Shown: in pieces, positions 1-11,907 of the stretch
Position numbering within the stretch: the stretch's first letter is position 1
How the letters are laid out: the number at the start of each line of letters is the position of its first letter
Assembly: GCA_003971905.1 (NCBI GenBank)
Contig: RSEE01000136.1
Location: forward strand, 62,001 to 126,000
Length of the DNA: 64,000 nucleotides
Direction of reading: 5' to 3'
Source: Moniliella sp. 'wahieum'
Lineage: Eukaryota
The notes under the pieces: model-generated
Seen by the model: only the letters and a program-made list of their open reading frames with translations
Told to the model about the DNA's origin: nothing
Databases searched by the model: none
Made by a program: the position numbers and the translations under genes

Positions 1-3000
1 TCTTAGAGGAGGGTGTCAACGCTGAAGTTGGGCTCGTACACCAACCTGATGTCAACACCGCTTCCACTGAGCCAACGGTCGAACAGCCTTCTGCCACTCC
101 CGATGGAGAGTTGATTCCTAGTAGCCAGAAAGATGGTGTTGAACAAGCGCCGGTGACTTCAAATTCCCTCAGCCCTACCAAGGAGTGCGCCGAATCGGAA
201 GAAGAGCTCGCCCACCACCACGATGCCAGCATCGCTCCCACTGAACCAGCCATCGAGCAGTCTCTGGTTATCCCCGACGGAGGGAACGTGTCCCTATCCC
301 AAGATGATGGTGAGCAAGCGCCGGTGACCGTAATCACCCCCAGCCCCATCGAGGAGTGCGCCACCGCTGAAATTGAGCTCGTGCAACGCCTATCGGATCT
401 CAAGCTTGCTTCCACGGAGCCCCCTGTCGAGCAGCCTCTTTTCTTCCCTGACGTCGACCCCACGGATCCAACTGTCGAGCTGCCTTTTCTTTTCTTCCCT
501 GACGTCGATTCCACGGAGCCAACTGTTGAGCTGCCTCTTTTTTCTTCCCTCCCGCCAGGTACGTCCCGATTTCCCCCCAAGATGATGATGAACAAAAGCA
601 CTAACTATATCTTCTGCCTACAGTCCCATCGAGGAGTGGGCCACCACGGAAGTTGAGTTTGCCAACCACCAGAATGCCAGCACCGCTCTCGCTCAGCCAA
701 CCATCAACTGGCAGCCTCCTGTCATCCCCAACGAAGGGTTCGTTCCTAACCCCAAGATGATGGCGAGCAAGTGCTAGCAACTGCGAATGCCTTCGTTCCC
801 CTCGAGGACCGCGATGAAGAAATGGGCTGCGAACCTGAAGAGGCGGATGATAACGATGAGCCAATGAGCTGCGAATCACCTTCTGTCGAGGAAAATCGCG
901 ATGAGCCAATCGTGTGCGATACACCTTCAGAAGTGCCAACCGCAGGGGTTTACCGCCCCATCTCAAGATGTCGAGATAGGGGTGGTTACTGCCCCAACCC
1001 AAGATGTCGAGATGGTGGCTGATGTTGACGGTGTCAGTCATGCTCCGATGGCATTTTCAGCAGCCCGTACGCTGGTCAGGAGAAACAGGGGTCATGGGCA
1101 TCAGCCGTGGCACAGCTTAATCCGGACCAACAACGTTCCGCCACCGAATTCTTTGCGTCTTTCAGTGGTGGGGCCGCTCAGACCGCTTCTGGTGGCACGG
1201 CATTCGCGCTCACTGGTCCATTTCAGCATCCAACTAATACTTGCATTGTGCCAAAAACACCTGACCCACCTACGCTACTTCCCAACGGATGGGGATCCAA
1301 TGCTACTGTTCCTTCGCACTCTTCGTGGGCGCCAATCCAGGTGACTCCTTCGCGAGCCAACAGCCAAACACAACGCACGCGCCGCCCTCTGCATTCGGGG
1401 TTCTTGCCGGAGTACGACGCAGCAACATCATTCGTCTGGCACTATTTTCCAGCCTGCTCAGGGCCGTCCGGGTCCCACCAATGGGTTTGCGAGTTACGCT
1501 ACTGGCCCATTCAAGACTGGTTGGACCACAACCAACCAAAACCAGCCAGTTTCCCAGCAGTTTCCCTCTGCCTATGTCCCACCCGACAACGACGATTCAG
1601 GTGGCAATGCACCCGTTTGGGATCACACCCCGGCTCAGCCTACTGTTCAGCCTATGGAGGTTCAACCAATGGATCAGCCGATGGATCAGCCTATGGCTCA
1701 GCATATGGCTCAGCCGATGGTTCGGCCAATGGCCCCGCCGATGGATCAACCCATGACTCGGTCAATGGCCCAGCCTATTCCTCAGCGCCCATATGTTGTG
1801 AGCAAAGAACCAGTGGGAACCTCCACAGCCGCCCCGTTGAAGTCCGCTTTCACTTCGGAAGCATTTGCTTCTAGGCAGCCACCCCCAAGTGGCAATACAG
1901 TGCAAGGTTCCCATGGCCAAAATGTTGCCTATACTGGTGTCGGAACAACGGTTACGGATGGGCCAGCACAGGCGGTCCAACCTCCGAAAATCATCTGCAG
2001 GCTGCTCCGCGACCCAATGAGGCTCCGCGACCCAACGAGGCTCCGCGTGCCAACGAGGCTCCGCGTCCTAATTGGTTGCCACCAGGCGCTCGCATCCAAG
2101 GCGTACCTTCTGCTCCTAGCTCCAAGCTGGCTGGGGCGCGATCCCTGGCTTTTATTCCTAAAAGGCCTGTCCGGAATCGCGCCACGCCTGGTCCGCTTCC
2201 GCGGGTCCAACAAGGGCCCTCGACCGAATCTGTGGTCCCTATCACTGGCCTGCCCCGGCCTGCCTCGGCCTCCACTCCGGCCCTGGAGCAGCCTACGTTG
2301 GGTCTCGACAGGGAACAGCTCCCGCCGAGCCTCACCACGGTTCAACCAGCAGATGTCGCAACCGCAAAGTGCTGTAACGGATCGTTCTTGTGACTTGTCA
2401 TCTCTTTCTGCTCAAACTTCCACTGCGGCATCTCTTTCTGTTGCTCAAACTTTCACTGCGCGGCGTCTAGTACCCCCTGTTTATGTGGGAAGCGCAAGGA
2501 ACCTTCTTCTGATCCATCTCCATGGGATGATGATGGAGATGATGATTCTGGAGATGAATCCAATCGTGGTTCGAGGCACAAGGTTGCTCGCACCGGGGAC
2601 TATGAAGCTGATGGCCATTCCAGTGATCCATCACCACTTGGTAATCAAACCTGTGGTCTATGTGGGAAGCGCAAGGAACCTTCCTCCGATCCATCTCCTC
2701 GGATGAAGACTGGGATGGTAATTCGGGAGTTGAATCCCGTCGCGGTTCGAGGCACAAGGTCGCTCGCACTGAGGACGATGACACTGATGGCCATTCCAGC
2801 GAGCCCTCCACATTTTCCGTCCTTCCCACTTCGGTAACATCACACCCGCCAGTAACTATTCCAAGGGAGATGCGTTACCACCACCATGGACTTGGGAGGA
2901 TTATATCGTCGATGGTGCCCTCTGGGACTCGGAGCCTGGCGATGATGCTCCCTGCGAGCTTCCTGATTTTACCATCCCATCAAGCATTACGACCGCTGGT

Positions 3001-3383
3001 GATCGTGGGAAGGGGAAATCCCCTCTTAGGGGCCATATCCTGGGGAAGATGAGGCCGATGGTCCTCCGGGTGACCCAGCAGACTTTGCCGTACCAACCAC
3101 TCCGGCCGCTGGTGCTCGTTGGAAAGGGAAGGCCCCTTTGAGGGGACCATGTCCTTGGGAAGATGATGCTGATGCGGCCGGGTCCGGCGTACCGATCACT
3201 TCAGATGATGACGATGGTTGGGAGCAGGCCCCTTGTTCCATCCCAAATCCATTGGACTACGATGCCGAAGGTCTTCTATGGTGGCACCCCCGAGGAGTTC
3301 CCGGACGACCTATGCCGGCTTCTGTTTGGCGAGGGGACGTGGGTTGTTCTTACTGGGTGCCGTCTGATCCGGACGAACAGTAA
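1..3383 (+). CDS. Hypothetical acidic, Pro/Ser-rich, repeat-built protein (5' end outside window, multiple frameshifts)
   Basis: Chain of + strand ORFs (111-656, 771-1022, 1107-, 1654-, 2076-, 2660-, 3138-3383) in shifting frames. Internal repeat lengths are mostly multiples of 3 (171-174, 51, 12, 18, 177, ~114 nt), which supports coding. No domain recognised. Confidence 0.45.
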
Positions 3384-5876
3384 CGGTACTCCCCCAAAGG
3401 AGACAACGCCAGTTGAACCTTGTCCTCTTTTGAGTGGCGCCGCTTTCCTGGGATCTCTCTCCTCTGGCCCGGCCGTTGGACAACCAGGGCCGTGGTCGTA
3501 ACAGAGTGGTGGTGTCGGCGGGTGCTACTAGTACTAGTCTGTCGCGGGTGAGGGGTGAGCCCAACCACCTACTGTGTATTATTTGTTTACGTTTCCATTT
3601 TGTATCGCCCAAGTCTTCTGTCTGTCTCTGGGTTTTTCGTCCGCTTTCCTCAACTTGTTCTTATGTATGGGCGTTGTGTCTCTATTTCACCGGTCCTATC
3701 TCGTATCCAAACTGTTTTGTTGTACCGCGAACTGTCTACCAAATATCGTTCCAGCATCATTGTCTCTGTCATGATGCCAGTATTATATGCAGAAGGTACA
3801 CTAGTAGACGCAGCACTAGCGTTTAGTTATACCGTAGTACAGCAGGGAATCATGGTGGCTGGCGAGACTATAGATGGACGGAGAACCACAAACAGATCAG
3901 AGTATCAGTACAAGCGGGTGCGATATAACAGCAGTGCCAGTCGAAGCAAATGCGTGCTTTTGTTACATGACTGGGATGTGCATACTACGAAGAAACGCTT
4001 CTTTTCCCCCACTTGGTTGATAATCTCGATAACGACAGCAGCCTTCCTTGGATTCTGCTGTGCCAATGCGGATCAACTGTTGTCATTGACCTCCACTGTC
4101 GGGATAGGGGTCGAGAAGAACACAACGGCCGGCCTGCCACTGTCTTTGCGCGATTCCTCGGTATGTGGTTCCACGCATATCCATACACCAACGTGGAGCT
4201 GGTGCCCGGTAGAGCATTGCCTGACACGGATGTGGGGGTGTGGACGTGAGGAGAAAGTGCTGATGGGGGTGGGTGACGATGGGCCTGTGAAGGTCGGCCG
4301 CTCAGATATGCTGGTGGATGATGCATGGCGATCGATGATCGATGATCCCAAATCGGATGGCTGTGGATGCTTAGCTAAGCGCTTTAGCGCGTGACGCGTG
4401 ACGCGTGACGGGTGCAATGGGATCTCAATTTCATCACAAGCTGCTGGCTGGGGGTGCGTGGGGGCAGGTGGGGGCATAGGCAGGTGTGAATGTGAGCGCG
4501 AGCACTAGTCACTGTCACCGGTCACTTTGTCACCGGGCACCAACGACCGGCACATGTGACGTCACATGTCACATGTTACACCAACTCAGAACTACTGACG
4601 TACTGCCCACTGCACGCAGCACTATACCCGTCTGAGATTTAGAGTTCTGAGCTCCGGCCGGCACCCTCTGGCTAGGCTCAGCGCTCAGCCGCTGCTCAGC
4701 TCGGGCTGAGTCCTGAGGCTCAGGCTCAGTGCGCAGGCCTCACGCTGAGCTAGCTGCCTGTAACATTAACAGCTGTCCTGAGGCGGCGCCTGCCGAGGGT
4801 GGCGAGGGCGAGGCGGGGTACTGGCGGGGCTTGGCCAAGGCCAGACACACGCAAGCGGGGCGGTGCATTGGGCTCAACGTCCTATCGGAATGAATAAAAC
4901 AGCCCCGGACTCACCGGATCGATGATCGATGCCATGGCTTCAGACGCTTGTGCTTGGATCTCTGGTCCCCAGTCCCTGGTCTCTGGCCTCGGCTCAGCCT
5001 CCGAGATTTCAGAGAAGACGTCTGTAAGCTGTATCTCCGGTGCCGGTGACATGTGAAGCTGTGACGTGTGACATCTGACGGGATTGGATGGATTATCGAT
5101 TACGACTATCGATTACGCGTTACGCGCTGAATAAGCTGAGCATCGGTTGAACACCGCTGTCACCGGTCACATGCACCGGCGAGCGATAATGGATACCTAG
5201 TGATCTGGGCGAGTGGAGAATGGAATTGGATACAGTTTGCTTGACAGGGTGGAGGTGTGGCCAGCGGGGGCAGCAGCTGCCGCCAACAGGGGGATTGGGT
5301 GGCACTGCCATGCGTCCAGGGCGGGCACTGCAGGGCACTGCTTGGCCCGCCTGGTCGCGGCCACTTCAATTTGAAACGCACGCAGTGCGTGATGCGCATG
5401 CGTCATCGCCATCTCTCTCTCCGCCCCGCGGCCGCCCAGGCGCAGCAGCGCACAACAGCAGCCGCGCCCAGAGCGTGCTAGTGCCGCCAGGGGCAGTGCC
5501 AGGCCCACGCGGTGCGGTGCCTGATGCATGGGGTTGCATGCATGCTGCCCCCGCGCGGGCCAGCACCAGCGCGGTGTGCCCCGGCAGCCAGGCGCACGGC
5601 CAGTGTGGGCGCGGGATCGCATGCTGCATGCTATCCGCCTGGTGCATCGCGTATCCAACGGCGAATTTGCCGTGCCAGATGCGCCCGCTCTGCGCCAGTG
5701 CCCGCCGCCCCCGGCCGCTCCCCGCCGTCTGCTGCTCATCCATCCCATCTCTCGCCCCCATCTCCGTCTCTCTCTCCGTCGTCCTTTCGGCTGCCTCCAC
5801 TGCCACCGCCACCGCCTTCGCCATCGCCATCGCCACCGCCCCGCCCCCGCCCCACCACTACCACCACCACACCACC

Positions 5877-8552
5877 ATGTTGGGCGCCCAGCAGCCACCC
5901 CAGGCCCCCGCACAACCTCGCGGCGTCCCCCCGCACTCGGCATCTCCCCATATCGCCGCTGCCACCCACTGGTGCTACTACCCTCCGTCCAGCGGGAGCA
6001 CCCCCAATCGCAAGTGGCGTTCCGTCTTGGGCTTGTCCAAGCGCACCTCCCCCGTTCGCAGCGCCTCCCAAACCAGCGATGGCATCCCCCCCCACATGCT
6101 CACCAACGACGCTCCCGCCTTCCAGCCGCCCATTTACCACGACAGGGCTGTTGCCATCCCGCCCTCTCAGCCGCCCTCAACCCTCGCCTCCCCAGCCACC
6201 TCCAGCACCGGCACTTCCTCCGACACGCCCAGCCCGGTCTCATCTGCGGAGCAGCCCACTGCCCAGCACCTGGCCTACCTGCCCAGCTCGCATCCTATCT
6301 TCCCCAGTGCCAACAACCACGAAGAACAGATGCGCATCTTCCATGCCGCCACGGGCGCTGCTACCACCCAGCTGGCCGATCCCACGCCCCAGGTCTCTCT
6401 ACAACCACCCGCACTGCCCAGTCCTCCGGGTCGGCCCCGCATGATGAGGCAGACACGGTGGAGATGCTAGGTCCCGTTAGTCCTTCTGTCTCGCCCACTG
6501 CCCAACTCCATTCTTCTCTTCCGTTCTCCTCGAACGAGTCCACGCCAACTGGCACCCCTCCTCCGACCTTGCCGGGCACGACGGGTTCCCTGGCACCTGC
6601 TGGACCGGGGTCAGAGAACGATCTGCAGCGTTGGCCCACGTTTACGGGTCGAACGTCCCGATGAACGGCAATGCGCTCAGTTTTAGTTCCCAAGACTTTG
6701 AACCACACAAGAAAGCCAACACGGGAAGCTTTTTACGTTCTGTTTCGCGCGCCGACGTCCCGTCCGGGCTCGCGTTCCGGGCCCTCGGTACCCCTCCGTC
6801 CCTGTTGAAGCGAAACACTCAGTCTCCTCGCCGGCGCAGGTATCGAGCGGCGGGTCAAACGGGAGTTTACCCAGTGCCCCTGCTCCTGCTACTCCTCGAC
6901 GCCAGGAGGAGGTGCGACATCGGGAGGCAGTACTAGTTCGCTTGGCGGTTGTTGCATTGGCGTCGCCGTGGGCGCGACAAGGACACTAAGGGCGGTACGT
7001 CGGTGCGTCCCAAACGCAAGGGGTCTTTGGGATCGTCGTTGGCTTTGCTTCATATCAATTCCCCCTCGCAGGCTAGTCCTGTATCTTCACCTTCCTCGCC
7101 CGCTCCCGTGCCGGCCAAACCGCATTCTTCTTCGGTTGGCCACCTGCCCGGCTTGGCCTCGACCTCCTCTGCGTCCCAGGCTCTGGCCCGACCGCGCATC
7201 CCCATGCCGCCGGGTGTGGGACGCCGCACCTACTCCACCTCCGCAATCAAGGTTGCCGCGGCCGAGGTGGGCCCCGGTTCGTTCAATAAGATTAAGCTCC
7301 TGGGCAAGGGGGACGTGGGCAAGGTTTATCTTGTGCAGGAAAAAAGTCGGAGAAGCTTTTTGCCATGAAAGGTACGTTTTTTTCCTTCTCTAAATGCGTG
7401 TGTGTGCGGGGGGGGTTAAGCGCTAGATACTGACTTTGGAGTCGGGTAACAGTTCTGAGCAAGAAGGAGATGATCAAGCGCAACAAAATTAAGCGCGTTA
7501 TGGCTGAGCAGGAGATCCTTGCGTCGCTCAACCATCCTTTTATCGTCACGCTCTACCACAGCTTTCAATCGGAAGAGTACCTCTACCTCTGTATGGAGTA
7601 CTGTGTTGGCGGCGAATTCTTCCGTGCGCTGCAATCCCTGCCGGGCAAATGTCTACCGGAGGAGGACGCCAAGTTTTATGCGGCCGAGGTGACAGCCGCG
7701 TTGGAGTACCTCCATCTAATGGGCTTTATCTACCGCGATCTCAAGCCAGAGAACATTTTGTTGCACGAGTCTGGCCACGTGATGCTCTCTGACTTTGACT
7801 TGTCCGCCCGTGCTGGTCCTCCTGGCGGTGCGCCAGCTGCGATCCGGCAAGCGACACCCACCAGTGTGCCCTTGGTCGACACACGATCTTGCATTGGCGA
7901 CATGCGTACCAATTCGTTTGTCGGTACTGAAGAGTACATTGCGCCCGAGGTGATTCAGGGCTGTGGTCACACCTCGGCGGTGGACTGGTGGACGTTGGGG
8001 ATCTTGATTTACGAAATGGTGTATGCCACGACACCATTCAAAGGTTCCTCGCGCAACGGTACGTTTTCCAATGTGCTTAAGCGCGACGTGGTCTTCCCCG
8101 AGTCCTCTCCCGGTCATTCCGTCCCAACGCTGTCCCTGGCGGGCAAGAGTTTGATCAAGAAACTCTTGATCAAGGACGAGACTGTGCGTCTTGGATCGGT
8201 TTCGGGCGCGTCGGAGGTCAAAGAGCACCGCTGGTTTGCTTCGCTCAACTGGGGATTGCTGCGAAACCGACAACCACCAATTTTGCCCCCTAAGCCCGCT
8301 GAGGTCCTTGCCGCCCTCGAGGCCCAACAGGCCCGTACCGCCGCTGCCGATCCGTTCAAGTCCGCATCGGCTTCGGCTTCCGCTGCTTCGTCCGTTTCGG
8401 GTCTGGCACCTCTGCCGCTGAACAGCACGCAGGGTCTGGCCCTGGATCATCTCCCTGGCACCCAGGGCGATGCTCGGTTCACCCCCGACTCGAACAACCC
8501 CTTCTCGGGCTTTGAGTGCATTACGCTTCACCATGATGAGGACAACGATTGA
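5877..8552 (+). CDS. nrc-2: AGC-family Ser/Thr kinase, nrc-2/Fpk1/Kin82 (phototropin-kinase-like) type
   Basis: [85 protein letters not shown]. Intron 7372-7452 (GTACGT..TACTGAC..AG). One A missing in the run at ~7340-7345. The N-terminal low-complexity region is frameshifted and the start is approximate. Confidence 0.93.
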
Positions 8553-10732
8553 ACAAGCCCGCCCTCTCGTCCTGCCCACCGCCCTGCCCCTGCCCACCGT
8601 CCTGCCCATCGTCCTGCCATCGTCCTGCCCATCGTTTCCCTGTTCTCCCTGTTCTCCTCGTTCTCCTCGTTCTCCTCGTTCTCCACGTTTTCCTCGCCCT
8701 TTCCCCCGTCTTCCTTCTCTCTGTCCAACCGCGTACAAACCCACTCCCTCCGTTCCCCTCGCCTCTCGCGTTTGACCCCGACGTATTTCAACGCCAGGAC
8801 GGTACCGGTACCATGACCGTTCCCGAGACGCGTCGACCCTGTTGGGTACGACCTTTCGACCTTCGACCGTACGAGCGTACGACCGTACGACCGGTCGCTC
8901 GCTGCCTCTCCGCCTTGGCTTGGCTTGGCGTCACGTACTCCATCTTTAATTCCACCCGATCGCATCGCATCATGGCTGCCTCTTCGCAACTTTCCCCCCC
9001 TAGCGCCTTAAACCTCTTTTCGCTTTTCGGTCGCTCCCCTCCTCCCTCCCCTCTCTACCCGCCTGCTCTGAAGCCAGTCCCTCGCCCTCGCCCTCGCCCT
9101 CGCCCTCGCCCGTTATCTAGTTGTTTTTGCTTGAATCGGTACCCTCATCTCTACCTCTATTCGCAGTCGCAGTCGCAGTCGCAGTCGCAGCTGGCGGTGC
9201 TGGCCTGCCCCTCCCCCCCCGCTGGGGCACGCGCTTAAGTGGTGTATAGAGACAGCGCCTTACTAGGTCGACGGGCTGCCTGGGGGATCCCAGCGTGGCA
9301 GTTTTGTGTGCTGGCTGTGGCGCATGGGGCCTCGTCGATCGTCCACCACTGGCAGGCAGAGCCACAGGCAGGCTCTAAAGGGTTAAATCTTTACTTGGTC
9401 GTACGCCGAGGACCGCATCCTTAAAACTGCTCAGACTGAGCTACACGCGTCAGGGACTAGGACTAGGACGCGGGCGCCCAGCGTCTTCACGGCACGAAGA
9501 TGCAGTCATAGTGACGTTAGCTTGATCTATCTGTGTGTTTGGACCGGTCACAAGCTAGCACGCAGTTGGGTTTAATTTTGCGTCGGGGCAGTGGGACGTG
9601 CAGAACCCAGACCCACCGAGGTAGACCACAGCATGACCGTAGGACCATAGGATCGTGGGCGGGGCGGTCCAGCGCACACTACTTTACTCCCGTTGCTCCA
9701 GACGTCCGTGGTGGGCGGATGAACGGTGTCTGGCTCGGGCTAGTGGGTCCCATGGCAACTTCCAATGCCGGACCGAATCGGTCGTTATGCGGTACGGAAC
9801 GCATCTCTAGGCTTCAGGACTAATATGGAAGAGACTGAACGCCGCCCGTTACCCCGACCTTTCGATGCGCCTACTCTACCCAACCTGGCCTGTTGAGGCT
9901 GCTTCGACCTGTGTATGGAGGATTGGGCCTGTGCCTGACCTGTGTGGTCACTTAAGGAACAAGGATTGCGTGGTCTGGAGGGTCCTGAGTTTCTGACGTG
10001 CTAGGGGCTAGTACATCAGAGAGGTCTGGCACTTGACAGTAGGGTATTATAAGGGTCCCATTCCACTGATGTTGACAGTCTGCGGTGCAGTGGGTAAACC
10101 AGCCTCGATTATTGTCCGCGCACCTCGTCCCTAAGGCCTAAGGACAACTGAGTACTGTGAGTACTGATGCATGAAGCTTGGAGCTTGAAGAGCTTGAAGG
10201 GCGATAATCGACAACGTGATGGTGGGACATACATTTGATGAGCGCGTAGCCATCCACATATCCCATTGAATCTCCTCCTCAGCCCAGCGTCCGCTCGGGT
10301 TTTGGCTCTCAGATCTCAAATCTCGCTAGCGCGTGATACAGGATGCAGGACATGGACAGACCATACCAGGTCTCCGTCTCCCTAGTCCCTCGACTCGTCT
10401 CGGACCACAGGTTCTGGCATGCATCTCCTGCCAAGCAACACACGGACCATGGAACGAGATCCCTAGTCCCTAGCTTCCCTCTGGCACACTGCCCTTTGGA
10501 TATTGGCCTCTGGTTCTTTAAGCTTTAAGCTTTACGCGTTACGCTTACCAAACTCTTGCCAGCGTCACGCGTCACGTCACACATCACATATCACACGTCA
10601 TGCGTCACGCGCCAACCCACGTTCAACGTTCTTGAACGTTCAACGTCTGCCTCGTTCATGCGCACACGCATCCTGTAGCCTGCACGCGCAACTATACCCC
10701 CGATCCACTGTGCCATGTACCCAGCATTGCCG

Positions 10733-10862
10733 CACGCGCGGCGGTGGGGATCTACATGCTACAGACGATCCCGAAACGCATGCGCTTCATACACGCGCGG
10801 CGGTGGGGGATCTACATGCTACAGATGCTACAGACGATCCCGAAACGCATGTGCTCCATGCG
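10733..10862. repeat. 59-bp tandem duplication, second copy with an internal 9-nt duplication
   Basis: CACGCGCGGCGGTGGGG(G)ATCTACATGCTACAGACGATCCCGAAACGCATG starts at 10733 and at 10792. Confidence 0.9.
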
Positions 10863-10892
10863 CAGCTCTCACGCGACGTTGAAGTTCAGTTA

Positions 10893-10942
10893 AACGTTAA
10901 ACGTTAAACGTTAAACGTTAAACGTTAAACACGTTAAACGTT
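10893..10942. repeat. (AACGTTA)5 heptamer array of a palindromic hexamer
   Basis: AACGTT at 10893, 10900, 10907, 10914, 10921 and 10937. Confidence 0.95.
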
Positions 10943-11907
10943 GAACGTGTTGAACGGGGCTTGGCGCTTGGCTGTCAGGCGGTCAAGTAGTCAGAAGGTC
11001 AGGCGGACAGACACGAAGACGGAAAATATGGGACAGACGACCTCGGGACGCGTGATTAATTCGATTAATGATTAATCGATTAATGATTGCCACTGAAAAC
11101 TGAAAACTGAAAACTGTGGCCTGCTCGGTTCGCACCCTGGTACCCGAGTACCCGAGTTGGAGTTGCTCATTAACTGCTAAATTGTTAATTGCCCGCCAAC
11201 GTCCCACGTCTAACCCACAATGCTGCTGTGGGAGGCCGTGCCAGGCCGCATTCCCAGGCTGTGGAGCTAGGCAGCCAGGCCAGTGTTCAGTGTACGCTCG
11301 CCTGCCCTGGCTACGCGTGCGGGGAATCAGGCGAATCCTCACGCGCCTCACGGCTGAGCCTGAGTGACCGGTGAGGCGTAAGAAATTCAGGCGGCGACGC
11401 GTATCACATACATCACATGTCATGTGACGCAGATGGGTGCCCTGCGCCTGCCTTAGCGCCTGTGCCAATGGACGAGCACTGCCGCTGTGCCTGTCTGGAT
11501 CGTCTTGGAAATGGGCGATCCCACGCAGGGCTGCTGCCACGTGGGGAGTGCAAGGTTGCACACGCCCAGGGTCCATGTCTGTTCCACTGCCCCCCTGCTC
11601 CCGTTCCGCGTCCGCATCAGACGGGCGCTGTGCCTCCCCCGGGTGACCGCCGCTCAGCACTAGCTGGCACTCCTGTCTTCCCGCCGGAACTGTATCTGAC
11701 CCACACGCACCGAACATCCTCCTGCCCCACCTAGGTGCTTGGCCGTCGTCCCAGGCATGCCCTTTACAAGTCCAGGTTGTTTGGCTAGCAACTCGCGGTG
11801 CCTATAACCCCCTCCTCTCCACTCTTTTTCTTTATCTTTCTCTTTCTCTGCACCGCCACCACCCCTCTCCACCCCTCGTCGCACCCACTGCCGAATCGAA
11901 CTTCGCC

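Noticed and set aside
3555..4394. 279-aa hydrophobic + strand ORF
   Set aside because: Non-ATG start, no recognisable domain and no supporting signals.
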